From NCBI GenBank assembly GCA_051362555.1, contig CM120641.1:1240001-1304000 (forward strand): 64,000 nt of DNA. The letters run 5' to 3'. Both the position numbers and the translations under genes were made by a program. The DNA comes from Lingula anatina (Eukaryota; Animalia; Brachiopoda). The notes beneath the pieces were generated by a model. That model worked only from the letters and a program-made list of their open reading frames with translations, searched no databases and was not told the origin of the DNA. Positions 25,601 through 39,617 of this stretch are shown one piece after another (position 1 is the stretch's first letter; each line of letters begins with the position of its first letter).

Positions 25601-28600
25601 TGTGTTAGTTTTGTTTGTTTGTTTGTCTGTTTGAAATATTTTTTAAGGTAGCGTGTCAATTTATTTTTTAATTTATTTTATTTTATTATTTTTTTAAAAT
25701 AATCATTACCTATTTGTTATTAATCTATGTTAGTTTGTTTTTATATATATCTATTTACTATAAGTGTATGGAGATTCCATCCTATATTTATATCAGTTAA
25801 AGGCTTCACTCCAGATTTCTTATGTGCGAGAACCATGGAACAATAGGGACAGTAATGGAGACCAGGATATTCATACTGATGGGAAATCTGTCATTATGCT
25901 CAAGATGTCATGATTTATACTTATTTAGGGAAGCAGGAGCAGACAAGACGATGAAGACAGAATGTCACGGCTGGATTACAAGAGATGGAAAAAAGAACTG
26001 GTAAGCAACTGGTGTGTGTGTGTGTGCGTGCACAGCCTGGACATTTTTTAGTGTCTGACTGAATATTGACTCCAGTCAGAATATATTGTAATTATTATAC
26101 CATATTTCCTGTATTGTGACAGAGATTATACTGGTAGGAAAGGTTACCTAAGGGTGATATGTACACATTATTTTGTAAATTGCCAATAAGGAAATGACAG
26201 GCTTTGGTATAACATAAGGTTTATGTGTTGTTGGAATTGTGGAACAGATGTAAGTTTTGCAATAATGACTGTCACAATTATTTTATATTGATAGTGTGCA
26301 ATTATCTGCAATTACTTGCAACATTTTAACTATAATTAATAAGCTAGAAGAAAAGGATGTTTAAACAAGGCAATTCATGTAAATGATTTTAAAAAATACT
26401 TGTCTTTCAGGAACGAATAAGTGACCTCCATTCTGCCAAAAGTAGGCGTCTGGAAGCCCAGCTAGCAAATGCTAGGTAAGCTGTCATGTTCTTGTCTGGA
26501 GTACATGTAAAGTACCTATCAGTAAAGTATCAGGGTATTATGCATCAAATTTTTTTTTTTTTTTTTTTGTGAATGAAAATAAGAATGACTGCCTAATGCA
26601 AAATGTGCTTAATACAAATACAGTACCCTTTATTTTATATGTATTGTCTCACATAATTTAAAGTCAGAAAAGATGAGAAAAGCAACAAGAAAGGGAAATG
26701 TTGCTGTAGTACTTATGCAACTGTTGCTACAAGCCTACTGGTATTTTGTCGGTAAGGGTTTGCATAATGCTGTTTATCGTCATATTTTGTTTGCATGATG
26801 TAGTTTATCAGCATATTTTGTATTTAACTTCCAGAGAAGAAGCAGAGCAGAACGAGAAGGTGGTGGAGGAGCTTCAGGGAAAACTAAGATTACTAGAATC
26901 CCTCAACAAGTTGGGAAGGGCTGACACAGAACAGGAACCAGGGTTGTGCATCCAGTGTGCCCAAAATGAGGCTATGGTGTCTTCTGTGATTGGAGGAAGG
27001 AATACTCAAGTGATCGAAAACCTTACAAAGTAAATGCCTTTCAAAGAACTGTGCTTCGCTCTTGGAAAAACTGAATCTAAGCAGTAAAATTTTTGGATTT
27101 TGTCCAAAAAGATGCCCGCAAATCTTGCTTAAAAAGGATGCCAGCCATGTGGTTTTTTGTTTGTTCCTTTGTTTTTTTTTTTCAACAAACTAGATATTTT
27201 CTTTTTTAGTTTATTTCAGCTATTTGCACTAGTGAATGTAAACATTGGATGCCTCAACATGTTAACACAGTGACATTTTATACCTGAAGTAATCTTATTT
27301 TGATTACGTTTTTTTCTTTTCTTTGTTACACTGTAGTAACAGCTCACCTTTCATGTTCACCGCCAATCAGGTTCCACACTGTATGACCACAGATAAAGTA
27401 TTCTATATGTGGTTCAAGCTCACTGTGTCATGTAAGGTCTCATCACTTGGTGAGGTAGTGTGGACGAGTTGTGGACGTGTATTTTGCTACTAGGCAGCAC
27501 ACAGACGATTTATGCTTTCAAAAAATAGATCTTTGTGATGCATTAGTCAATCATCTTTCATAAGGTGTGTGTAAGAGTTATCTTTCAGCATTTCTCAGCT
27601 TTGAACCCTAATAAGCCTTACCATCTGGTTGTCATCATCTAGATTGATTCACCCCTTCATGGAGATATGTTTTAGGACAAAATGTTTAAATTGGCTTCTG
27701 GATTTTCTCCAGAGAAAGAGATGGGTTAATAGAGACAGTCGCTAGTTTCAAGTCAAAACTGGAGGATCAGAAGCAGCGGGAAGAGGAGGCATATGCTCAG
27801 TTGAAGAAGAGTGCAGAGTTGGTTGAACAGGCTCAGTTTGATAAAATGCAGGTAAATTGAATGGAATTGCCATAGTGTGTGTATGTGTTTTAAGTGGAGT
27901 CAATGAAATACCACCTTTTTTTTTTGGTTGACACTCATACTTGCGAATGACATTTTTGTATACTGTCAGGTCATTTTGATGTTGAACTTTCATGTAATTT
28001 TGAAAATTTTTATTTAATAACCTGTGCACCCAAAGAGCACTTCATATAATGTTGTCCATTTGCACCGATTTTCACTGAACCGAATGGGTGATATTACAAC
28101 AGTGAAACTACTAAATAAATCCTCCACAGGCAATCACCCAGCGTGAACAACTAGCAGACAAGCTGCACAAGTTTGAGAGGAGGACGGAGGACCTCGTTCA
28201 CAGCCACCAGAAGAATGTAGATGCCGAGAGAGAGCTGGCAAGAAAAGAAAGCAAGAAAGAGATAGAGGAGCTCAACTTGAGGGTGTGCTATAGGCTTTGA
28301 TATTTTCTCTTTAGTTAAGCATACATAGGCCTCTATTCAGGGTGAGGGTTCAGTAGGCCAGGGGATGGGGGAGGGGGGGAAAGAACCACACTTTTGGGTG
28401 GAGAAGGCCCACCCTGAATCTGAATTTGATCTCTTTTCCAGACCTTTTATCAAGTTTGGTCAACCAAGGGGGTAAAAAGGTTCAATTTAGGGAAAAAATC
28501 CCATCTTGAAAATGCTGGCTACAGCCTGATATTTGCATACGTAATTGTTAATTCTCCATGCAGCTCATGCTTCCGTGTATGTGAATATTGCAGATTAGTT

Positions 28601-29012
28601 CATTATAAAGGTATCGCACTTTGGTACACTGAATGTTTCAGATTTTATTAACAAAATTTGAATGCCTATTAAATGTTTATTATTGACAGAAAAAATAATT
28701 TCTAATGTAATAAGATGCTATGATATATATAAGTTGACATTTGTTTTGCTGCAGCTGAAGGAGCTGACTGATCTCCATGGTACAGTTCAACACCAGTTAG
28801 ACCGTGTGACGCGGGAGAAGGTGACCATGCAAGCTGAGTTAGAGAGAACAAGGACACAAGTGACGGAATTTGACACTGACTATACAAAGGTACTGTGTGT
28901 ATGTATGTGTGTGTGTGTTAGAATATATTTGTGAATTATCAAGTATCTTTGTATTCTCATGATACCGTAGTAGAAAAATGGATCATTTTTCACTTATGTA
29001 TGATAAAAAGTC

Positions 29013-29049
<37 letters not shown>

Positions 29050-32000
29050 ACAACAAAGTGATTTCTTTACCAAACAGAAAAGGTGATTTCTATTAATGGC
29101 TATGAAACCTTACTAAGATTAATGAAGATAAACCAGTATTTATGCACTAGGTTAGTTATTTTTGTCAGACATTTGTGAGTGTGCATGTTTCAGTCTGTTT
29201 TGTCTCATTCCCAGGCTACAGAGGAACTGAAGTCTCAGCTGGCCCAGGCCAATATAGAGAGGAACGCTGCCGTGAAGGAAATGAACAGGATACGCACTGA
29301 AGTTGACAAGACAAACAGAGACAATGAAATGGTGGGCCTCTCTCTCTCTCTCTCTCTGTCTGTCTCTCTCTCTCTCTCTCTCTCGCACACACATACACAC
29401 ACACATACCAGATTCACATATCAGTATGCCTTAAATCTAAGAAGCACATATGTACATGTGTTTATGATTTATACCTTATAACCACTCACGCACATGCACA
29501 CATCTGTGGCATTTAATACCTTCTGAAACATGTTTCAAATGGTATTTATTTTGTAGGAAAAGTCGAGATTGAAGGAAAACCTGGAGGATGTCAGGAGGCG
29601 GCTGATGCAGGCAGAAAGAGAATTAATGAATGCTAAGGAAGAGTGCATCACACTGGCCACAGACATGCAGGCCATAGAAAAAGATGTAAGGGAAGCAGGG
29701 CATTGTTCAGCAATCTACAGCTACTCATCTCATATTTTGTTGGTGGTTTCATTTAATGAATGAATAGATTTTTTAATGGAATAAGCCGAAAAATATTTCT
29801 GCATGGAAACTCCTCCATTTATGTTCTCAAAGTTAAGAAAAAAAACTTTTAAGCAGCTTCTAATAGCTCTCTCTTTATTCAGGCTCAGCTGTGTAAGATG
29901 GCCAAAGAGAGCATGGAGAAAGGCAGGAGAGAGGAGCTACATACAGTCACTAAGAGAGCACAGCAGAGGGAGGTGGAGCTGAACTCACTGATTGAGGAAA
30001 TAGAGGCTAGGCATGGTAGAGACACACTTTTTTTTAACCAGACTGAATAATTATAATATCAATTATTACCAAAGATGCCTTGTCAAAGATTGGTTACAGT
30101 TTCAAATTACTGTTTTTCTTTTTTATCAAGAGCTTGTAAAATATGTGGGTATTACCTCCAATATTTCTGTGACTGTCAGTCACCATCATCAGGGAGTAAA
30201 TGACTAGGGTCATTTCACCTGGAATGAAAATCCAGGTCAATTGCCCCTAATCACTGGCCTTGTGTTGTAACTGTTACTTGCTCCCCCCGGGGCTCCTCTG
30301 CATCCCTCTGGAGCACCGTGAGGTAGATAGCTGGTAAATCATACCCCCCCTGTCTGTTCAGGTCTGGTTGTTTGGTCCTGATGTGTACAGCTTCTGCTAT
30401 TTTTCTTTGGAATGTCCAGTTTTCCCTGTCTATCACTTTCAGGCTGTCAAAGTCTATGTGGTGACCTGGATGTTTGCAGGTATGTTCTCCAAGGGCTGAT
30501 TTCCAGTTGTTTTTGGCCACTGAGTCTTTGTGTTCTTTCATTCTTGTGGCTAATGGTCTTCCTGTCTCGCCAATGTATTCTCCTTGGCAGGTTCCACATT
30601 TGACTGAATATATCACACCACATTGCTCTCCTTGGGTTAGAGGATCCTTGGGCTTCACTAGTGCTTGTCTCAGCGTCCAACCTGGCTTATGGTGGAGTTT
30701 GATGTTATATTTTTTATAAACCCGGCTTAGTTTTTCTGACAGACCTTGGCAGTATGGTAACACTATACTCTGCTTTGCACCCTCAATGAGGCCCATTGCA
30801 TCCTTTTCTTTGTCATGTCTGTTCTTGCCTCTTTTTTCCCCTTGTTTTAGTGCCCATTTTGGATATCCACATGCTAACAGGTCTTTTTCAATCTTCTTCC
30901 TTTCTGTTTGTTTGTCTTCTGTATCGGATATCACGGTCTCACATCGGTGGAAAAGTGAAGCTGGTACACTAAGTTTTTGCGAGGTTGGATGATGAGACGA
31001 CCACTGTAAGTAGTGATCTGTGTTCGTGGCTTTCCTGTATACTGTGGTTTTAATCCGTTCTTTGTCTTTGGTCATCTTTACATCTAGCATTGGCAGAGAA
31101 CCTTCTACATTTTCTTCTTCTATTGTGAAGTGTATGCTTTGGTGTTGTGCATTAATGTGTTCAAACAGTGCCTGCACATGCGTCTTCTTGGATACGACTC
31201 CTGTGTCATCAACATATCTTCCCCAGAACTTAGGTGGGTTGGGTGTTGTTTGGAGTGCTTTCATTTCAAATTCTTCCATGAAGATATTAGCTATGACTGG
31301 TGACAGGGGGGAACCCATTGCTGCTCCATAGGTCTGTTGGTAAAATTTTCCTTTGTACTGAAAGTAGGTGGTGTCCAAGGTCATAGCTAGTAGTTCGCCC
31401 ATGTCTTCAGGTGTTAATGCTGTTCTACTTGCCCAGGTGGTGTCTTTTTGGCATCTGTTCACACACATTCCTACTACTTCATCACACGGGACGCTGGTGA
31501 ACAAGGCGGAAACGTCAAAAGATACAAGTGTGTCATCCTTTTCAAGTGTTATACCTTTCAGCAGCTTAACGAGGTGTTGTGAGTTCTGTATATGGTATTT
31601 TGTTTTTCCGACAAGAGGCTTCAATAATTTTGCTAGGTGTTTTGCTAATTCATATGTAATAGAGTTTATCCCGGATACTATTGGTCTGACAGGATTGTCC
31701 TTTTTGTGTATTTTTGGAGTGGCGTAGAACCGGGGGGTCACTTCTGCTGTAGGGTATATCTTCTGGTATGTGGCATCATCAATCCTATTCTCTTTTCTGA
31801 TGTTCTTCAACTTGTTGATAAGTCTTGTTTTCAGCTTCTGTGTTGGGTCTTTTGCTAATTGTTTGTATGTTGTTTCGTCCTTCAACAGGTTGTTGCATTT
31901 TTCTTCATATTCATTCCTATCCATAGTAACCACTGCTTTCCCTTTATCTGCTGGTATTATAATGATGTCCTTATTATTCTTGAGGGACTTTATGGCGTTT

Positions 32001-35000
32001 CTTTCCCCTTTGGTCAAATTTGGTTTGGGTGGGTTACTGGATCTCAACGTTCCTACTACTTCATGTCTCAATTTAGCTGCTTGTTCTATATTCAATTTTT
32101 GACATGCCACTTCAGTCTGTATGATGACATCTCTCACAGGTAATTTGCTTGGTGCTATAGCATAATTGAGCAAGTAACAGTTACAACACAAGGCCAGTGA
32201 TTAGGGGCAATTGACCTGGATTTTCATTCCAGGTGAAATGACCCTAGTCATTTACTCCCTGATGATGGTGACTGACAGTCACAGAAATATTGGAGGTAAT
32301 ACCCACATATTTTACAAGCTCTTGATAAAAAAGAAAAACAGTAATTTGAATTTATACATACAGAGCTAATGAAACTGTTCCCCTGGTTACAGTTTGTTCT
32401 TAAATTAAATGTAATAAATGAAATAAATAGCATAAAGTGAGAAAAGGGGGATAATTTACCATTTCTGCATATCTTGCTGGTAAATGAAACTTAACCAAGA
32501 AGTAAGACATACGATTTATAGATAATTTATTAAAGCACCTGTATTTGCTTTCACAAAACCTCTATCCATTCTCTGTTTTCTATTTCACCTAGCTCTGACC
32601 AATGCTGAGACAGAAGACATGCTGCAACAGCAGAACGGTTTGATTGGCAAACTCAGGGAGGAATGCCGTACATTGGCCTCCCAACTGGAACAGACTGCAC
32701 AGAAATACAGGTATTTTTTTTTTCTCCTCATTGAGTAACATGATTGCTATGTCTGTCTGCAAGCTGGTCTGTCTCTCCCTGTGCTTGCTTAAACTGTCCC
32801 GTTTGAAGCATTTTGTTACTTTTGCTTTTGCAGTTTTGCATATATCATGCTGTCTTGGGAGTTTAAATAGACATCTGATGAAATATGTCAAAAATTTGCA
32901 AAAAAATTTTTGCATGCATTTTCAGACTGAATGTAGTAGAGTTAGGATAAATATCCAACAAGAAAAACATATTTTCTGTATACTCCTAATTCCTTGAAAT
33001 CAATAATGAACACAATCATTTAATATGACAAATTTTAATATTTTACTTAAAATTACTATAAAATAAAATATATAAAATTCTGTGTTTAGAGGTGAAGTGA
33101 GGCAGGTTAAAAACCTGAATGAAGAGCTATCCGTAAGATTAGAGAAAACCCTGAACAGATTGAAAGAGATGGAGGCACAGCACGTGCAGCATGGCCAAAT
33201 GCATGACAAAATGCGACAACGGCTTGCACAGATGGACGAACACGCCCAGTATCAGGGACAGCAGGTAAAACTGATATCTGGATTTTTTTTTTTCTGTGAT
33301 TTTTTTTCCACCCTATACACAATTCAGTCAGATACTTCTGTTTTTTTTTTTTTTTGTTTTGTTTTTGTTTTTTTACTTCCAAATTTCAGAGACTCTAGCT
33401 ATAACAAAATAATTAACATTACAAAAAAGGAAAGTAATTAACGAAGTGGCACTAGGGTGAATTAAAATTTTTCTTTGTTTTGGCACAATCTAATTGCTTC
33501 TCACCAACAGCAGGCAGGAAATTAAACAAAACTGTAATTGCTGTGATATCTGATATGGAGGTAATATAAATCAGACCAAGATATTTACAAAGGTTGTATT
33601 ATGCTAGAATGTTTATGTGTTCAAATAATTTTAAAGAGCGTAGCAATCTTGAATAATAAACTTTTTTGTTTCTGTCTTATTCATTTAATACCAGTCAAAT
33701 CTGGTCTATGCATCTATCAAATTTTACTTTGAAAGCTGATTCTATATGATGTGGTATGCCGATGGTGAAGTCTTTCTCACCAAATTAATTATGTAAAAAT
33801 ATTGCATTCAAAAATAATATTTCACTGACATCACAAATGCCATTTCAGATTAATAACAAACAAGTAATCCCCCCCCCTCCCCTGATTATAATCATTTCTA
33901 CTTGTCCACAAAGAGTGATATTTCAATAAAACTGCCATTATGTTTCTTCTTCCTCTTCTACACTGTCTTCATCTTCATCCCCCTGTGGAATGTTAATCAC
34001 CTTTACTCCATGGTTGGTACTGTACACCCCACCATACGATATCACAATGTTTTCCTCGCGGGTCACACACACTCCTCGCGGGGACTCCATAACGGCCAGG
34101 ACTTGCACAAACTGTCCCGTTTTAGTGAAGAGCTTGACCTTGTTGTTTCCGGTGTCACTTACTATCACCATGTCTCTGTACATACACACCCCTCCAGGTC
34201 TATAAAGCTCACTGTCTGGCTTTGTACTCTGATTGGTCAGAAGACTCCCCTCACCCTCTGCTGAGCTGCCATTGCTGCTGGAATTCGAGTCAAGTTTTCT
34301 CTGGCTGTTTAGAATGTTTCCAAAAGGCTTGCCAATCTTTCCCAGGAAGTCCCCACTAAAAGTGAACATCTTGACGCAGTTATTTAAACTGTCTGAAATG
34401 TACAGCGCCTCCTTGTCTGTCGATAGATACAATGGCATATCAAACTGGGCGTCGCCATTACCGTAAGAGCCAAAGGTGCGTACCAGGTTACCATATTTGT
34501 CAAAGAAAAACAGACAGTTCTTGTCCAGGTCAGAGACTATGATTTGTTGGTGCTTGGTTACTGCCAAACCAGATGGGGATACTAGTCTGGCTTTCTGGTC
34601 AAGAACCACAGTTTTCCTGGAAAATAACAATAATACAAGTTTTAAATATATTATCACTTAAGTCTGCTGCAAATGATGCCAAAATCTTAGGTCAGTTTTT
34701 AAATGTTTTAAACAGCATTTGTGCAAAAAGCACTATGAGATATCGGAGAAACAATTTTCCTGAAAAATAATTATAATACTTGTTTTGAATATATTAATGC
34801 TAATGCCAGTTCAAATGATGCCACAATCTTAAGTCTATTCATTTCAAATGTTTGAATGTTGATAACAGCACTTGTACAACAATCAATATGAGACAATGAG
34901 ATATTTTATGAATATTTTTCATACACAAATCATTTAAATACAAAGATAACTAGAGGATCAGAGAGGCGATACCGCCTCCAGATATTGTACCACCAGCTGG

Positions 35001-38000
35001 AGTAAGCGCGATCGTATAGACCCCCCCCACACACAAAAAAGGGACACCAACACCAGTCTTGTGCTTGACAAGTTGTAAAAAATGCAATCAACAAGAATTC
35101 TCAAAATATGCAAAAAATATATATAACTAAAAATGGTACAATCAAAGTTCAGTTCATAGTAAGGTAGGTAAAAGATCAATTTCAAGGTCACAGTAAATTT
35201 CCAGTATATGACTTCCAATTCAAGTTCAATAGCAACTATGGACCTATCTCTGCCAGTTTTGGAGATAAAAGGGAACCAAAATTTGTAAACTTCAATTCAT
35301 GATAAAAAGTAGTTCAAAGGTCAATTTCAAGGTCACACTTAGATTGCCAATATATGACTTCCTATTCAACTTCAATAGTAACCATGGACCTATCTATGCC
35401 AGTTTTGAAAATAAAAGCATTAAAAAGTTGCAAAGTTCAGTTTATGGTGTAAAGTAGGTCAAAGGTAAATTTCAAGGTCACATTTAGATTGCCAGTATAT
35501 GACTTCCTATTCAAGTTCAATAGTAACTATGGACCTATCTCTGCTAGTATTGGAGATAAAAGGGAACAAAATTTGCCAAGTTCAGTTCATGGTTAAAAGT
35601 AGGTCAAAGGTCAATTTTAAGGTCACGGTAAATTACCCCGTATGACTTTCTATTCAAATTCAATAGTAACTATGGACCTATCTCTGCTAGTATTGGAGAT
35701 AAAAGGGAACAAAATTTGCCAAGTTCAGTTCATGGTTAAAAGTAGGTCAAAGGTCAATTTTAAGGTCACGGTAAATTACCCCGTATGACTTTCTATTCAA
35801 ATTCAATAGTTACTTTGGGCATATCTCTGCCAGTTTTGAAAATAAAAGCATTAAAAAGTTGCAAAGTTCAGTTTATGGTGTAAAGTAGGTCAAAGGTCAA
35901 TTTCAAGGTCACATTTAGATTGCCAGTATATGACTTCCTATTCAAGTTCAATAGTAACTATGGACCTATCTCTGCCAGTTTTGGAGATAAAAGGGAAAGA
36001 AAATTTGCAAAGTTCAGTTTATGGTGAAAAGTAGGTCAAAGGTCAATTTCAAGGTCACATTTAGATTGCCAGTATATGACTTCCTATTCAAGTTCAATAG
36101 TAACTATGGACCTATCTCTGCTAGTATTGGAGATAAAAGGGAACAAAATTTGCCAAGTTCAGTTCATGGTTAAAAGTAGGTCAAAGGTCAATTTTAAGGT
36201 CACGGTAAATTACCCCGTATGACTTTCTATTCAAATTCAATAGTAACTTTGGGCATATCTCTGCCAGTTTTGAAAATAAAAGCATTAAAAAGTTGCAAAG
36301 TTCAGTTTATGGTGTAAAGTAGGTCAAAGGTCAATATCAAGGTCACATTTAGATTGCCAGAATATGACTTCCTTTTCAAGTTCAATAGTAACTATGGACC
36401 TATCTCTGCCAGTTTTGGAGATAAAAGGGAAAGAAAATTTGCAAAGTTCAGTTCATGGTGAAAAGTAGGTCAAAGGTCAATTTCAAGGTCACATTTAGAT
36501 TGCCAGTATATGACTTCCTATTCAAGTTCAATAGTAACTATGGACCTATCTCTGCTAGTATCGGAGATAAAAGGGAACAAAATTTGCCAAGTTCAGTTCA
36601 TGATTAAAAGTAGGTCAAAGGTCAATTTTAAGGTCACGGTAAATTACCCCCGTATGACTTTCTATTCTAATTCAATAGTAACTTTGGGCATATCTCTGCC
36701 AGTTTTGAAAATAAAAGCTTAAAAAGTTGCAAAGTTCAGTTTATGGTGTAAAGTAGGTCAAAGGTCAATTTCAAGGTCACATTTAGATTGCCAGTATATG
36801 ACTTCCTATTCAAGTTCAATAGTAACTATGGACCTATCTCTGCCAGTTTTGGAGATAAAAGGGAACCAAAATTTGCAAAGTTCAGTTCATGAAGAAAAGT
36901 AGGTCAAAGGTCAATTTCAAGGTCACAGTAAGATTGCCAGTATATGACTTCCTATTCAACTTCAATAGTAACTATGGACCTATCTCTGCCAGTTTTGGAG
37001 ATAAAAGGGAAACAAAATTTGCAAAGTTCAGTTCATAATGAAAAGTAGGTCAAAAGTCAATTTCGAGGTCACATTTAGATTGCCAGTATATGACTTCCTA
37101 TTCAAGTTCAATAGTAACTATGGACCTATCTCTGCCAGTTTTGGAGATAAAAGGGAACCAAAATTTGCAAAGTTCAGTTCATGGTGAAAAGTAGGTCAAA
37201 GGTCAATTTCAAGGTCACATTTAGATTGCCAGTATATGACTTCCTATTCAAGTTTAATAGTAACTATGGACCTATGTCAGCCAGATTTGGAGACATAAGG
37301 GACTAAATGTTATAATTTTGGAGTTACAATAATGTGCCATAAATTTCGTACAGAAAAAAATTAATTAAAATAAAGAAAAGGTCATTTTGGTTGAAATTCT
37401 TGAAATGGGAGGTGCTCACAAGTTCCGGATGTTCAAATTTCATGAATTAATGTCATTTTTGACCAGAAGTTGTCTGCTTTGCCAAGCCTTAAGTTTTATT
37501 TTTCCAGAGTTCAAAATTTATTATCCATTACCGTACTGCACATTTTGCTTTCACCACCAATATGTACTTTTTGATACAGCGCAACTCGAAAACCGTATGG
37601 AATACAAAAAAATGGAGGCCACCTCCAGTGTTGGGCTTTACATGCTCTACAAAATGCAAAAAAGAATGGGTCTCTAGCATTAACGGTAACCGAATTAGAG
37701 ACAGTTTTCAGTTTCAGTATCTTATGGCCGCTTCTCCCGTGAAAATGCACCGATTGACCCCAAATTCACGGAGATGAAAGATGACCCCAAGGGTAACACT
37801 TTCCAATAATATTATTGGTTCAGTCTGTGTGGTGTCTGAATAACAGCGCAAATAATTTTTTTTTCGTAAAAAATTGTTTTTTTGAAAATTTTGGCCTGTT
37901 TGACCTTGAAATAAAGGTCAAAGGTCAAATCCAAGGGCATATTTGAAATCTACACATATGACTTTTGGAAAGCCGTCTGTAGAAAAATTTCCCATAATTC

Positions 38001-39581
38001 CTTCTCTAGGGTAGATAATTAGCATTTAATTTTGCCATTTTTGGACAAGGGTGCATTGCAATGAGTGCCACACCTAGACCCCAATACCGACAAAGCCCAA
38101 ATTTTAGGTGGAACGAGTTGAGATTATAGGTGACCTAAATCCAAGAGATGGGCATGGAGGCCCTTACTGTCTAGGAGGAGAAGCGGTAACGGTGAGATGG
38201 CGGCGGAGCCAGAGGAGCTGACGGAGCCGCAGGAGCCGGCGGAACATGCGGGTCGGGACTAAAACCATGTGTACCGCCAGCGCCTACGCTGGTGGTACAA
38301 TGACTGCATTCAGTCCCTCAGTTGGCCCCCACCAGTATATTAAACCAGCTGAGCAGGGGGCAAATCCAGGATTAAAGTCATAATAACTCTTCGTTTTGGC
38401 CAAAAATTGGATTTTCCCGGAAAAAACGGCAATTTTCCCGTACTAACCAATGGTCAACGACCCCATTCCTGCATTCAAAGTTAATCCAGGGTTTTTTTCC
38501 TAAACGTACGGTTTTTTGTTAAAATCTCTTAAGAGATTTTAACTGACGGAGCACTCTCTGACATCGCATAGTCACTGTTGACCTACTTAAAACTGCGGGA
38601 AAAGCAGACAACAACAACACTATATAAGATTCATGAGATATATTCGTCTTTTTGTTAAAAATACATTAATATCCACAATGTGTGCCATTCTGGGCTTTTC
38701 ATTATCCGACGCACTGTACAAAAACTCGCAACTTACGTCTGCGTCTGCATTAATGCGTTTGGCGCCATATGTTATTTTGGTCTCGAATGAACGCGAGAAT
38801 CCGCGTGACACCATTACGTCATTAGCAACAAATGCCTTGATGTCCGGGAAGAAGGCATCGAAAGCCCTATTGACAAGCAAAGATTTTAGTTTTACTACAA
38901 TAACGGCCGTTTTAGTGGTAAAGTACAATAGAATATATTTCCATGCGTTGTTTACAATGTATTTCATGCGGAATTTTGAATCTCAAAGGAAGAGTTATTA
39001 TTGCTTTAATTGAAGGGGGGTCCAGTTTTTTTTTTAAAGAATGACAGGCTTTGGATGCAAAGCCAACCCTTGCCCCCTTGGTGTGGGGTTGGGTGTTTTG
39101 GAAGGCAAACGGTGTCATGGTACAGTTAAGGACTCGAAATTCAACTAGTCAAAATTCTAATATCAAAAGGGGAACATTTGTGTGATTTTTTTCCAGAACC
39201 TGAAGGGGGGGTACAGGAACGCCCTGATACCCCTCTAAATCCGCCACTGCTGAGTATGTGATGTGGCATAATGTACAGACTATACATACTTAGATGGGTT
39301 CACTGGGCAAGTTTTTAATGCCTGTATACAGTCTCTCACCTGACAATCCCCTGTGGAGTAAACACCTTGAGTTTGTGGTGTGTTTCAGTACCTGCCAGCA
39401 CCCCCAGCCACGATTTCTTCTGTTCAGTTTCCAACAGGATCACAGCAAAACCTTCCACACCATCTAGCTTAACCCATGTTACACTGGTACACAGTCTGAA
39501 ATAGAAACAATGTATCTATACAGCAAAACCTTCCACACCATCTACCTTAACCCAGAATGTAAATAGATCCTGCTCCCCCCA

Positions 39582-39617
<36 letters not shown>

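Larger units (their letters stand above)
30103..32383 (-). mobile_element. Penelope-like retroelement, 5'-truncated, with inverted pseudo-LTR
   Basis: 12-bp direct repeat TGGTTACAGTTT at 30091-30102 and 32384-32395. 30101-30282 is the reverse complement of 32169-32350. Lies in SDCCAG8 intron 14. Confidence 0.92.

Noticed and set aside
32171-32191. Start codon of the 646-aa Penelope ORF
   Set aside because: Derived from the inverted pLTR copy; the true N-terminus is missing, so the element is not autonomous
38620-39013. Overlapping 115/126-aa ORFs
   Set aside because: Inside a non-autonomous TIR element; no recognisable transposase motifs
39521-39555. ~34-bp intronic copy of part of TRIM-NHL exon 3; other short local duplications at about 2060/2190, 9817/9843 and 51347/51388
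   Set aside because: Ordinary slippage-type micro-duplications with no splice signals or other sign of function
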